From the NCBI GenBank assembly GCA_965261395.1, contig OZ253462.1, positions 6,112,001 to 6,176,000 of the forward strand: a DNA stretch of 64,000 nucleotides. Direction: 5' to 3'. This DNA comes from Candidatus Latescibacterota bacterium (GTDB taxonomy: Bacteria > Latescibacterota > UBA2968 > UBA8231). Every line of letters begins with the position of its first letter. Position 1 is the first letter of the stretch. The translations under genes were made by a program, and so were the position numbers. The notes below the pieces were generated by a model. That model was not told the DNA's origin and made no database searches. It saw nothing but the letters and a program-made list of their open reading frames with translations. Below, piece by piece: positions 1-9,883 of the stretch.

Positions 1-2672
1 CGCAGGACGCGAAAGTGGATCTGCAAAAAGAAAAGCGCGTCCCAGGTGCGGCGTTTGTCCAGGGTCCGGTCGAAGGGGGTCTGGCTGAGGAACTCGCTTT
101 TCGCTTTGGGAGAGATGGTCAAACCCCGCCACGAATACTGGTATTCCACCTTGTCGATTAAGCCCGAAAATCCCGAGGACCGGCGACCGTTGCGGCCTTG
201 TGGACCGAGGGGGTCGTAGATAGCGACGGGTTCGCCGCCGGTGCCCGCCTGACGGCCCTCGTCATCGACGAGCAAGCGATTGCCCGTATTGCGCTGACGC
301 CAGGTTTCCCATTTAAACCGGTGAAAGGTACTCCACTGGTTCGGACTGGCGTATTTCCAGTCCGCATAGAAGGTGTTGATCCACGTATCTGCGGCCCCTA
401 AGCGATCTAGAATTTGGACATGGCGCCCACTGTCGACTCCCGGATCGCCAAATTCGGGCGTGGATACGATCCACTGCGACAAGGGGTCGGGGATATCGTC
501 CTTAGCCAATCTCAACATATCGAAGAGGCGCAGGCGGCCCTTGCCCGGCAGATCCTCGACCACGGTTAGGAGGCCATAGGTCGTCAGATTCTCCTCGCTC
601 GTCTCGCGTTTTTCTTGCCGCAGCTGTCCGAGAGTCAGCTTGGCTTGCGGACCGAGTTGGAGGCTACTGTAGGCATTGTAGCCCCAGTGATCTTTTTTGT
701 ACGGGTAATCGGGCAAATCGTCGTTCTCGAAGCGATCGACCCAGTTGTTGTTGTTCAGATCCATACCAAAGAGAAACTCGGGCCGGTCGGAGTGGTAGCG
801 CAAAAACGGTTCGTCATAATCGGGCAGCAGGTTGCGGCGGATGGGATTGTGGTTCTGGTTGAAATCAGAGATAAAATCTCCGTTTTCGTCATAACCCGGG
901 AAGACTTCTGGGTCGGCGACTCCGGTCTGGTCGATGTCAAAATCGCCTACTTGTGGCGGCACCAGACTACCCTGATTGGCGCGCTTTTGATCGGGTTGGC
1001 GATCCTGGTCGTCGTTGTCTTCGACAAAATCGTAGAGAACCTCGGTGGCTTCGGGGGCGTAGTTGGCAACTCCAGATGGGGGCACGGGACGAACGCTGGT
1101 GGAATAGGAGTCGTCCATGCCAAAGCCTTCCAAGAATGCCGACCAAGGGTAGCTTTGCCAAGAGAGATTAGCCAGCCAGCCCAGCGACCTTTTGTCACCT
1201 GCAATGCCCGCAATTGCGCGGTGATGCTTTTTCTGCCGATTCGGGTATTTCCGATAGCTGGAATTGATATTTACTTCCCCGTAGAAATCGAAACCGCGCA
1301 TATTGCGCCATTCGGCGCTGAGGCCGTACAGCAGATTAGCCGTGGGCAGGCCATAGTCGAAAACCACCTGGCGGCTGTTGGTTTCATTCTTGATATTGCC
1401 TTCGGCTCTGGTGACCGGCAGGAATTGGGGCACGCCAAAGCGGTTGGTCTGCCGATCCGAACTCATTTCCACGCGGTAGTCGTTGGCCAATACTAGGCGA
1501 AAGCGCACATTTTCGATCGCCTGGATTACATCTTGGGCCTCTGCCAGGCTCAGATTCAGTCGCTGCTGCAGCAACAGCCGCAAGGAGCCTGCTTCGCTCT
1601 CTCCCTGTGCAGGAGCCAAGACGTAATTCAATACAATGCTCTCGGCCCCGTCGGCCACGAGCAGACCGTTCCTCACCGAACCACCCTGAATTTGGCTGGC
1701 GTCGAAGCCAAAAGCACTGCCGACAATGAGGGTGTCCCGCTCCACTAATACCGCTGGATCCGCAGGGGAAGGACGTTTGAGCTTGGTTTTTATCTCGATG
1801 TCCCTAGCGATGAGGATGGCCCCTGCCTCGCCGTCTTCTGGCGAGTCATCGCTGAGCCGCACTAGGACCGAGCGCAGTGCGTCCTTGAGCTGGCCCGTCG
1901 ATAGCTCGCCCTTGAAGGGGTTGCCCGCGAAACTTTCCCGACTGCCATTAGAAGTGTGGGAATTGACCAGATTCAGTCCTATGGTCAAGCCCGTGAACAG
2001 ATCCACTTCGGTGCGGCCCGCTACCAGATTGGTGGAGTTGACTCTGGGATCGACCAGGCCCACGGTCTCTAGCAGCACCGGTCCCGAGATGCGGGAAAAG
2101 AGTCCTGTGAGGCGCAGGCGATTAGTCGCCAAGTTGGCCATGATCCCATTGAAGCCGGCCTTTCTGAACGTCATCGGCGTCAGTGTAGTATTGAGTTCGT
2201 CGCCGACGAGGATCGAGAAGCTGTAATCTCCCTTGCTGTCGACGGCCAGCAGTTGCCTGTTGAACCATCGCATGTACTGGCTCGCCTTGAATATCTGAGA
2301 GCTTTCGGCGATGCGCGGCTGCACCTGACGCCAGTCGTAAATGAGCCAGCCGCGCGTGATTAGGCTGCCAAAGCCATCGTAGAACAGATTTCCTTCCAAG
2401 CTGGAACTGACGTAGCGCAGAAAGGGATCCCGGGCGTAGTTGGTGTATTCCCATTGGTGGTGGTGGTTTTCGGAGAATAAACTGGTCGGTAAATACCAGC
2501 GCTGTACTGTGGGCTCTAGGGCTGCGGTATAAATCGGCACGCCGCGGGTGGAATAGACGACATGGTCGCCGACTCGTTCGCCTAGCCGATAGCCGTACTC
2601 CGGCTGGGCAGAGGCGGCACCGGCCAGTCCTACGACCGTCCCTGCCCAGAGGCTCCAGGCGCGCGAATTCAT
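1..2672 (-). CDS. Large secreted/outer-membrane hypothetical protein, paralog of 2675-5488 (3' end runs off the window)
   Basis: Translated by hand from the ATG at 2672: MNSRAWSLWAGTVVGLAGAASAQPEYGYRLG (signal peptide). Shares RWYLP, YTNYAR, RGWLIYDW, TTLTPMTF, LSDDSPEDG, EDNDDQDRQPD and PEFLFGMDLNNN with the neighbouring gene. Missing from the ORF track because it has no stop in the window. Confidence 0.9.
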   Translation of the reverse strand, partial: MNSRAWSLWAGTVVGLAGAASAQPEYGYRLGERVGDHVVYSTRGVPIYTAALEPTVQRWYLPTSLFSENHHHQWEYTNYARDPFLRYVSSSLEGNLFYDGFGSLITRGWLIYDWRQVQPRIAESSQIFKASQYMRWFNRQLLAVDSKGDYSFSILVGDELNTTLTPMTFRKAGFNGIMANLATNRLRLTGLFSRISGPVLLETVGLVDPRVNSTNLVAGRTEVDLFTGLTIGLNLVNSHTSNGSRESFAGNPFKGELSTGQLKDALRSVLVRLSDDSPEDGEAGAILIARDIEIKTKLKRPSPADPAVLVERDTLIVGSAFGFDASQIQGGSVRNGLLVADGAESIVLNYVLAPAQGESEAGSLRLLLQQRLNLSLAEAQDVIQAIENVRFRLVLANDYRVEMSSDRQTNRFGVPQFLPVTRAEGNIKNETNSRQVVFDYGLPTANLLYGLSAEWRNMRGFDFYGEVNINSSYRKYPNRQKKHHRAIAGIAGDKRSLGWLANLSWQSYPWSAFLEGFGMDDSYSTSVRPVPPSGVANYAPEATEVLYDFVEDNDDQDRQPDQKRANQGSLVPPQVGDFDIDQTGVADPEVFPGYDENGDFISDFNQNHNPIRRNLLPDYDEPFLRYHSDRPEFLFGMDLNNNNWVDRFENDDLPDYPYKKDHWGYNAYSSLQLGPQAKLTLGQLRQEKRETSEENLTTYGLLTVVEDLPGKGRLRLFDMLRLAKDDIPDPLSQWIVSTPEFGDPGVDSGRHVQILDRLGAADTWINTFYADWKYASPNQWSTFHRFKWETWRQRNTGNRLLVDDEGRQAGTGGEPVAIYDPLGPQGRNGRRSSGFSGLIDKVEYQYSWRGLTISPKAKSEFLSQTPFDRTLDKRRTWDALFFLQIHFRVL

Positions 2673-2674
2673 CT

Positions 2675-5488
2675 TTACTCGACCCCTGCAAAAACCGTGA
2701 TAAAACTGGTCGTTTCCGAGCGCCCTTTACTCCCTTTCTCAAAGACGCCCGGCGCAGCTTCGCGAATGCGCTCCGTGCCGATGTGCCCGACCCGCAACCC
2801 GACCTGGGTGGTGAGGATATACCCGAGGTATCCCGAGGTGACCGACAGTTGGACGGCGACCTGAGTCGAAGTCAGATCTCCAGTCTCTGCCGCGACTCCT
2901 CTGGCGAGCATGTCGTCTTCGTCGGCGACCAGATCGCGCAAGCGCAACAACTCGAGTCCCGCTTCGATTCTGGTATTGGGTGTCAGCCGCGTCTGAGCCA
3001 ACACTTGGGCGATCCCGGCCCAGTGTTGGCGGGGCTCCTCTTCCTGCAAGAATTCGCTCCGCTGGAAGTACTCGCTCTTTAGACCGGGTCGCAGCAAAAA
3101 GGGACCCCATTCCGCGGTATAAGACGCTTTGTTGATCATACCGAAAAAACTGGTAAGATCGCGGAGGGGCCGTTCATTGAGGTCTCTTGGATCGTCTAGC
3201 ACTTGATGGTAGAAGTCGCATTTCAGCTTAGAGGTTAATTCGAGGCCCGGCACTCCGAGATGATCGACGGCGATGAACGACGAGTTGACCCAGGTATCCG
3301 CGGCCGGCAAAATATCCGGCACCAGCGGTCGGGCCGGGGCCGTTAAGTACGGCGATGGCGCCCGGCGATCGTCCGGGATGGTATCTTTCACCCGCTTGAG
3401 CATTTCGAAAACCCGCACGCGGCCAAAACCCGCCCAGTTGCGGTCAAAGGTGAATAATCCATAGGTGGATTCGTTTTCTCGCTGCTGGGAAAACATGCGC
3501 TCGTCCACCCGTCCCAGCAAAAGACGCACATCCGGAGCGACGTCGAGTCCCACAAAAGCATTGTAGCCGCGGCGATCGGCCTTGTAGAGATAGTCCGGCA
3601 GCACATCGTCTTCAAAGCGGTCGATCCAGTCGTTGTTGTTGAGATCGATGCCGAAGAGAAACTCCGGACGGTCCACCGCGAATCTCAGAAAAGGTTCTTC
3701 GTAATCGGGCAAGCTATTGGGAATGGTGGCGTTGTCGTTCTGATTGAAGTCGGAGATGAAGTCGTTATTTTCATCCCAGCCGGGAAAAACAATATTATCG
3801 CCGACTGATTGCCCCCGGCGCACCCAATCGGGTAAACGGTCTTGATCGTCGTTGTCGTCGACGAATTCGTAGAAGGCGGTCGTGGGCGAATCGTAGAGAA
3901 TGTCACCGGAGTTGTCGACGACAAATGCCGCCGTCGTCGAATAGTCTTCGGCGATGGAATAGCCCTCGAAAAGACCGAACCACGGGTATTGCTGTCTGGA
4001 TAGGTTGAAAAAATAGGCATCGGCGTGCAGCGAAGAGATTTCGTGATTGCCGCTAGCCGAAAAAGTGGCGGGATTGGGATACTGAAAAAAGCGCAGATTG
4101 CGGTCCCACTCCCCGTTGAAATCAAAGCCAAATACATCTTTGCCCTCGATGGTGAAACCGCCAACCATATTGGCCGTTGGCAAACCGTATTCATACCGCA
4201 CCCGTTGCAAGTTCGATATATCTCGCACATTGCCCTCCGCCCGCCGCAGCGCAATCAGGGCGGGTTCACTTTCCTCGATGACTTGGCTGGTGATGGGCGG
4301 TGCCGGGGTGGAGCGCCGGCCGGTCTGCTTGTTCGACCACATTTCCACTTTGAAGTCATTGGCTAATACGTAGTCGAATTCGACCCTGACAATCGAGAGC
4401 GGATCAGGACCGACGTAGGCCGGGCTGTTGAAATCGTAGTTCAAGACAATGCGCTCGTCGCCGTCGGCGGCCGTGAAGCCCTCTTTGGGAAACCCGCCAA
4501 AAATGACCGGCCACTCGAGCCCCTCGCGCACCACTTGCTGGAGCGTGAAGACCGTCTCTAGCTCCGTATCGAAATTGCGGGCGGTGATGCGAATGTCGTG
4601 GCTGAAAAGGGCGGCTCCTCCGACCCCGTCTTCTGGTGAATCGTCGCTCAGCACCATGGCGATGGCGGTGACCGGTGTTGAAGACTGGCCGGCCGTCAGG
4701 CTGCCGGCGATCAGATCGCCGCTGAATACGTCCAATCCGGTATTGGCGTTGCGGGCGTCCACCAAGGTGCCGCCGAGGGTGATGAAGTCGCCCACTTGCA
4801 CGGTCGCCCGTCCGCCAATGAGACTGGTGGAATTGGAGACTCTAGCAGGCTGTAGGGTCACGCCCGTAGCCGGATCACTTATGCGCGAGGCAAGGATGGT
4901 GGCCTGGTATTTATCTGCCGCGAAGTCCATCTGTAGCCCATTAAAACGAGGCTTGGAAAATGTCATGGGGGTGAGGGTGGTGCGGATCTCGTTGCCGACT
5001 GTGATCGCATAGGAAAACTGGCCCTTGGAATCGCTACTCACCGTGAGATTGTTGAACCAGTCGTTGAAGCGGCCATCCTTAAAGACGCTGCTGCCCAGGG
5101 CCTGGGGCTGGTCCTGGTGCCAGTCGTACACCAGCCATCCGCGCGTGACGTAATGGCCGTAGATATCGTAGAAGTAATTGCCTTCGAGCGCGGTATTAAC
5201 ATAGCGCTGGTAGGGCTGACGCGCGTAGTTGGAATATTCCCACTGACGCCACTGGTATTCGTTGTACAGTTCCTGCGGCACGTACCATTTGCGCACCGAC
5301 GGGTCGAGCGCCCCGAATAGGACCCCCGGGCCGCGGGGTTCAAAGCTCACCTCGCCGCCGCGCTGGGTCCCGAGGCGAGATCCGTAGTCCTGGGCCTCCG
5401 AGCGGCCAACACCGAGCAAAAGCGACAACAGCAGGAAGAATCCCCCCAGCTCATTGCGGTTTGTCCATAGGCCCAATGCAGATGACAT
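2675..5488 (-). CDS. ~937-aa secreted hypothetical protein with Asp-rich Ca-binding-like loops and a probable C-terminal beta-barrel
   Basis: ORF of 939 aa from GTG 5494; ATG 5488 has the better GAGG spacing. Signal peptide ...LLLGVGRSEA-Q. Motifs DDNDDQDRLPD, DENNDFISD, DLNNNDWID. C-terminal part has alternating amphipathic strands. Confidence 0.85.
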   Translation of the reverse strand: MSSALGLWTNRNELGGFFLLLSLLLGVGRSEAQDYGSRLGTQRGGEVSFEPRGPGVLFGALDPSVRKWYVPQELYNEYQWRQWEYSNYARQPYQRYVNTALEGNYFYDIYGHYVTRGWLVYDWHQDQPQALGSSVFKDGRFNDWFNNLTVSSDSKGQFSYAITVGNEIRTTLTPMTFSKPRFNGLQMDFAADKYQATILASRISDPATGVTLQPARVSNSTSLIGGRATVQVGDFITLGGTLVDARNANTGLDVFSGDLIAGSLTAGQSSTPVTAIAMVLSDDSPEDGVGGAALFSHDIRITARNFDTELETVFTLQQVVREGLEWPVIFGGFPKEGFTAADGDERIVLNYDFNSPAYVGPDPLSIVRVEFDYVLANDFKVEMWSNKQTGRRSTPAPPITSQVIEESEPALIALRRAEGNVRDISNLQRVRYEYGLPTANMVGGFTIEGKDVFGFDFNGEWDRNLRFFQYPNPATFSASGNHEISSLHADAYFFNLSRQQYPWFGLFEGYSIAEDYSTTAAFVVDNSGDILYDSPTTAFYEFVDDNDDQDRLPDWVRRGQSVGDNIVFPGWDENNDFISDFNQNDNATIPNSLPDYEEPFLRFAVDRPEFLFGIDLNNNDWIDRFEDDVLPDYLYKADRRGYNAFVGLDVAPDVRLLLGRVDERMFSQQRENESTYGLFTFDRNWAGFGRVRVFEMLKRVKDTIPDDRRAPSPYLTAPARPLVPDILPAADTWVNSSFIAVDHLGVPGLELTSKLKCDFYHQVLDDPRDLNERPLRDLTSFFGMINKASYTAEWGPFLLRPGLKSEYFQRSEFLQEEEPRQHWAGIAQVLAQTRLTPNTRIEAGLELLRLRDLVADEDDMLARGVAAETGDLTSTQVAVQLSVTSGYLGYILTTQVGLRVGHIGTERIREAAPGVFEKGSKGRSETTSFITVFAGVE

Positions 5489-5506
5489 GCTCACCTCGTA
5501 GGCTTT

Positions 5507-7750
5507 TTAATAGACAACGCCGACGGCACCGAGCCTGCGGTCAGCGCCGATATCGGCGTTCAACGTAACGGTGTATATGTAATGCCCCGGAGTCACGAGC
5601 CGACCCTCATCATCGGTGCCCTCCCAGGCAATGGCAAAACGCCCGCTGGTCTGTTTTTCCATTTGCAGAGACCTGATCGATCGGCCGGCCAAATCAAATA
5701 GTTCGATCTCCACGAGAACGGGACTAGCTATATTGGTGATATCGTAGTGAATAGAAGTGTGATCGTTGATTTGATCCCCATTGGGTGTAAATACGATTGG
5801 CTCTGCGCGCACATTGGTCAATAGATCGTTGCTTATGGCCACCTCTACGGTCAGATTGGTGGGAACAGGAGCGCCAATGCGGACTAGATCGGGATCTACT
5901 AGTGTCCCTCGTCCTAAATCCGCCGCATTGCCCGCGAGTATATTTTGTCCCACTGCGCCGACTTCGGTCTTGAACACTCGCGCCGAGAATACCGTGCCAA
6001 AACGCAAAACCGCTGTTGCGAATTCCAACTTGACGAGCGCATTATTTTCGTTCACTGGCGGCAAGTGCAAAAGTAGGCCATGGTCTGAGACGGCCAACAC
6101 CGCAAAGCCGCTGCCTGCTTCGACGGGGAGATCGTCCAATGAGCGCGCTGAAAAATCGGCCGATTCGATCTCGCCATCGGGCCCGTGGACCTCGACCATG
6201 CCAATGGACTCCACCTTAAGCGGCGTCTCGATCTCCAATTGGTCAAAACCGGCCGTCGTCTGGCCAATCTTCGCCAGGACGGCGTAGGTGAAAACAGTCG
6301 CTGCACCGACGTCGGCGTGCCGGGGAAACACTTCCCCGATGAGGGTATCGGCCAGAGCCGGCGTGGACAGATCAAAGGCTAAGGCCCCCAAGCCGGAGGC
6401 CGCGTCAAAGCCCCGGCTGGCAAACTCGACCATAAATTGAAAATAGCGGCGGGGACTGGGAGAGAGCATCGGCGTTCCCGACCCGGGTATTGCCAAGGCT
6501 TGGGCCTCGACCATACCGGCGGCCGAGTACGGGGGAGACCAAGGACTCCAGTTCGTCAGATCATCGCGAATCGGCCCCCGCTCTTGGATCTTGCCGTACT
6601 CGGCTTGCGAAATCTCGAGCTGTGCTCGCAGTTTTAGTGGCAGCCGGGTCCAGGCCAAAAGCGCCTCTTCTCCGCTCAGCAAATCGGCCTCTAGCTCGGT
6701 TTCGACCAAAGTTCTAAGTTCATCGTCCTCTACGTCTTGAGGGCGCTTCCAGGGTACTTTGACCCGAATTTCTTCCAGATTCGACACGCCCCCCACCGTG
6801 CGACTCACCTCGGCCAGTCCGATACTCTGGAGGCCGACTCGGGTGAACTCGACCGGCTCGGGATCCACACCCGTGCGCGTGCGAATTTGCATATCCGAGA
6901 GCACAAAGTCCCCGATGGCTTCTTGGGTCCAGCGCAAGTGGCCCAGCAAGGCCGGCTCGCCAAAATCGAATACATTGGACAGATAGGTCGCCTGCGGCAC
7001 AAACCCCTCGGCAAAAACCTGGAACTCGGCAATCTCGAAGTCGGCTGTCGTAAGCGATTTGAAGCGTATCTGGCGCACGAATTGGGTGGGGATGATCAGA
7101 TCGACGACCGCTTCCTCGTTCTGGCCTTCGAGGGCGATTGTCGTCCATATCGGTCGACCGTTGAGATAGGATTCGGGCCGGCCGTCATTGATAAAAATCT
7201 CGTACCCCTTGATAAAATCGTTCTGAAAGGGAAAGTCAGGTGCCGGCAGTTGGGGAGCGGCATTGCGGGGAAAAAATCGGATGCGATTGACGGCGAATAG
7301 TGCGTTGAGATCGAATTCTAAGATCAGACCGAGCGCACCGGCACTGGAGGCGCTGGAAGTAGCTCTTACTTCCAACGCTGTTTGACCGTCGGCGTCGATC
7401 AATTTTTTATAATCGTCTTTGAAGCTGACTTGGGCACTGGGGATGGGACTGCTGATCGAGCCGCCGCGCTCTTTGCTGGTGAGGCCGATGAGAATGTTGT
7501 CGGTCGTGTCGACCCTTTGCGGAAAAATCCACCCGGGGAAATCAATGGACTCGAAGTCGATCACTCCACCGGGGGTATTGGTCTGATTGACGGTGGACTC
7601 ATCCAAGATCGCAGTCGGCGCAATGGTCCCACCCCCTTCTCGCCACGGCAATGATCCACTGCTGCCAACGAGGACGATTTCTTCGACCGCGTTCCCGATA
7701 TTTGCCGCGCTCAGCCAAGAAATCACGAGCAGGGGGATTCTCTTTTTCAC
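5507..7750 (-). CDS. Secreted discoidin (F5/8-like) protein with C-terminal FlgD-Ig / T9SS type-B-like domain
   Basis: Signal peptide; DLNALFAVNRIRFFP and IAEFQVF (discoidin-like); C-terminal FTPNGDQIND...LFDLAGR...WEGTDDEGRLVTPGHY...AVGVVY. Confidence 0.85.
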   Translation of the reverse strand: MKKRIPLLVISWLSAANIGNAVEEIVLVGSSGSLPWREGGGTIAPTAILDESTVNQTNTPGGVIDFESIDFPGWIFPQRVDTTDNILIGLTSKERGGSISSPIPSAQVSFKDDYKKLIDADGQTALEVRATSSASSAGALGLILEFDLNALFAVNRIRFFPRNAAPQLPAPDFPFQNDFIKGYEIFINDGRPESYLNGRPIWTTIALEGQNEEAVVDLIIPTQFVRQIRFKSLTTADFEIAEFQVFAEGFVPQATYLSNVFDFGEPALLGHLRWTQEAIGDFVLSDMQIRTRTGVDPEPVEFTRVGLQSIGLAEVSRTVGGVSNLEEIRVKVPWKRPQDVEDDELRTLVETELEADLLSGEEALLAWTRLPLKLRAQLEISQAEYGKIQERGPIRDDLTNWSPWSPPYSAAGMVEAQALAIPGSGTPMLSPSPRRYFQFMVEFASRGFDAASGLGALAFDLSTPALADTLIGEVFPRHADVGAATVFTYAVLAKIGQTTAGFDQLEIETPLKVESIGMVEVHGPDGEIESADFSARSLDDLPVEAGSGFAVLAVSDHGLLLHLPPVNENNALVKLEFATAVLRFGTVFSARVFKTEVGAVGQNILAGNAADLGRGTLVDPDLVRIGAPVPTNLTVEVAISNDLLTNVRAEPIVFTPNGDQINDHTSIHYDITNIASPVLVEIELFDLAGRSIRSLQMEKQTSGRFAIAWEGTDDEGRLVTPGHYIYTVTLNADIGADRRLGAVGVVY

Positions 7751-7795
7751 GTCAGTCCCTTTTCAGTGAAACTAACCGAGAACGCGGCCACAAAT

Positions 7796-9733
7796 TCACG
7801 GACGGCCGGGAATGTACAGAAACGGCAACTGCCGCTCAACCGCCTTGTTTCGCGGTAATGCACCCTCTCCATAAAGGCCTCTGAGGCGCTGGGCCTCCGC
7901 GGGATGGTATTTAGACGCGATTTCCAGCACTTGCTCCGCCTTGGGGGCCTGGTCTTGTTGCAAGTACAGATCGATCAACTCGCTATAAGAGCCGTAAAAA
8001 TCAAATGCCGAGGGATTGCGGCGGAGGGCGATTTCGTAGGCTTTTAGGGCCCGGTCGTTTTCCCCGAGCTGGCGGTGGGCCCGCGCCAGGCTGATCCACA
8101 CCATTACTCTTTGCGGATAGACCCTCAACACCCGTTGAAAAGTGGGGATCGCAGCGCCGGCCTGGCCCTGGGCGGCCTGGACAGATGCCAAATTGTACCA
8201 CGCCTGCCAGTAGGCCGAATCAAAGTGTACGGCCCGCTCGAATGCCGCTTGCGCCCTTTCCAGTTCGCCCTCTTTGGCGTAGGCATTGCCCAGATTGTAG
8301 TGCACGGCGGCGTCGCCCTCCATATTCATGGGTGCCAGACCCACATTGGCGAACACCATACAAAAGATCACCCCTGCGGCCATGGCGGCAGTAGCCGAGA
8401 AACAGCGCTGCCGCAGGGCATTTACAGCGCAGTACCCACCATAAGTGGCGTACACCAGCAGCAGGGGAATAACCGGCAGGCGATAACGCGCCGTTACGAA
8501 AAAGGCGATGACGGAAAGGGCGTACAGCACGACAAACAAAAGGGGCAAGGAGAAAGCGCGATGGCGAATGGCCAGTGAGAGGCCCACCAGCGCCAGAGGA
8601 CCGACCAGACCGAAGGGAAAGGCAATGCCCCATTTCCACATAGTCGCGCTCAGGATGGCTGTATAGCGGCGCCAAAAATACAGGTCCTGATTGCGGCCAA
8701 TTTCATCGCCCTGCCAGAAAAGGTGGGTTTTTTGGGCCAGCAGGACCAAATAATCAATGGGTCGGGTGACTAGGTACTCTCGGGCTTTGTCCATGTAAAA
8801 ATCGGATTGCTGCACCAGCCGTTCGGCTTGGGCCTCGACCCTGGCCCGGTTCAACAGTTCGTACCATTCCCATCCCGGCCGGACATTCACCGTGCGCTGG
8901 TAATCCGGATTATTGCCAAGGTAGAAATTGATGCCGGCATTGGAAGAGATGAGCACAGCATCGCCACCGATGGCGTAGTTGCGCAGGGTCACTGGGGCGA
9001 TGGCTACGAGCAAACCCAACAGCAAGGCGCTGGGCAGGAGCAGCTGTTCCTGCAAAGACCGGTTCTGCTTGCGGAGCTCGTAGCAGACGTAGATAGCGGC
9101 TCCGAGCGCGAAGCTGAGCACGGTGGCCACCGTCAGAACGGCCAGACCAAACACCAGGCCCGCCCCGGCAAATCGCAGAAAAGAGGGGCGACGAAGGGCC
9201 CTAAGCAGCAGCGCCAATCCCGCCATATTGAGAAAATTACCCATCGTGGCCGGAAGTATTTCGCCGTCAAAAAAGATCAGCGGGCCATAGAGGGCGGCAG
9301 CGCCGGCCGCCGCCGCGCCGACCGCGGTATTGAAAAGCTGCCGTCCTATCGACCAAGTCAGGACGCAGAGCAAAGCGCCGCAGAGCGCCTGAAAAAAGCG
9401 TACCGCGTAAAAAAATAAATCGGGAGAGAGAGCATATAACAGGCCCAGCATATAGGGATATAGAGGCGGTTGCCAGAAGGCTTCCCGACCCTGTCCCAGC
9501 CAGTTCCCCGATGCTAGGTCCTGGGCGTGCCCTACGTAGGTGAGGCCGTCGACGGGGGGGTGGGCAAACAAAGGACTGGTCTCGATCTGGAAGATGTAGG
9601 CCACCCGCATGGCCAAAGCCAGGACGAATACACCCCACGGAATGGAGAAAATGCCAAAAGATTCGGCTTGTGTGCGCTTTTTAAACAATTTTAACGCCGC
9701 GCTAAATGAGCGATATAGATGTTTTATCAACAT
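7796..9733 (-). CDS. GT39/ArnT-like (GT-C fold) membrane glycosyltransferase with C-terminal TPR repeats
   Basis: About 12 TM segments, early D-x-x-x-Y and PPLYPY motifs, then TPRs (AAVHYNLGNAYA, AWYNLA). Start codon uncertain. Confidence 0.8.
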   Translation of the reverse strand: MLIKHLYRSFSAALKLFKKRTQAESFGIFSIPWGVFVLALAMRVAYIFQIETSPLFAHPPVDGLTYVGHAQDLASGNWLGQGREAFWQPPLYPYMLGLLYALSPDLFFYAVRFFQALCGALLCVLTWSIGRQLFNTAVGAAAAGAAALYGPLIFFDGEILPATMGNFLNMAGLALLLRALRRPSFLRFAGAGLVFGLAVLTVATVLSFALGAAIYVCYELRKQNRSLQEQLLLPSALLLGLLVAIAPVTLRNYAIGGDAVLISSNAGINFYLGNNPDYQRTVNVRPGWEWYELLNRARVEAQAERLVQQSDFYMDKAREYLVTRPIDYLVLLAQKTHLFWQGDEIGRNQDLYFWRRYTAILSATMWKWGIAFPFGLVGPLALVGLSLAIRHRAFSLPLLFVVLYALSVIAFFVTARYRLPVIPLLLVYATYGGYCAVNALRQRCFSATAAMAAGVIFCMVFANVGLAPMNMEGDAAVHYNLGNAYAKEGELERAQAAFERAVHFDSAYWQAWYNLASVQAAQGQAGAAIPTFQRVLRVYPQRVMVWISLARAHRQLGENDRALKAYEIALRRNPSAFDFYGSYSELIDLYLQQDQAPKAEQVLEIASKYHPAEAQRLRGLYGEGALPRNKAVERQLPFLYIPGRP

Positions 9734-9775
9734 AAATCATACATTTGCTGCGTCCCAATTGGCCATAAGAAAACA

Positions 9776-9808
9776 TTGACTTGCAGTCTATAGATGGTTA
9801 TCTATACT
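9776..9808 (+). promoter_or_regulatory. Putative sigma70 promoter overlapped by palindrome TATAGAT-N4-ATCTATA
   Basis: TTGACT/TTGCAG at 9776-9786, TATACT at 9803-9808, perfect 7-bp inverted repeat at 9789-9806 in a divergent intergenic region. Confidence 0.45.
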
Positions 9809-9883
9809 AAAATGGTAGCTACAAAAAGACAGTGCAGCCTCTCCAATCCATAAGCTCTCTTGCCCTTCCATAAGGAGGAATCT

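Noticed and set aside
615-1496. 293-aa plus-strand ORF (also 1726-2226 and 2122-2742)
   Set aside because: Antisense or alternate-frame shadow of the real minus-strand gene 1-2672
5507-5800. Calling the FlgD-Ig proteins flagellar hook-cap FlgD
   Set aside because: Only the C-terminal Ig-like module matches; the proteins have Sec signal peptides and no flagellar genes are present
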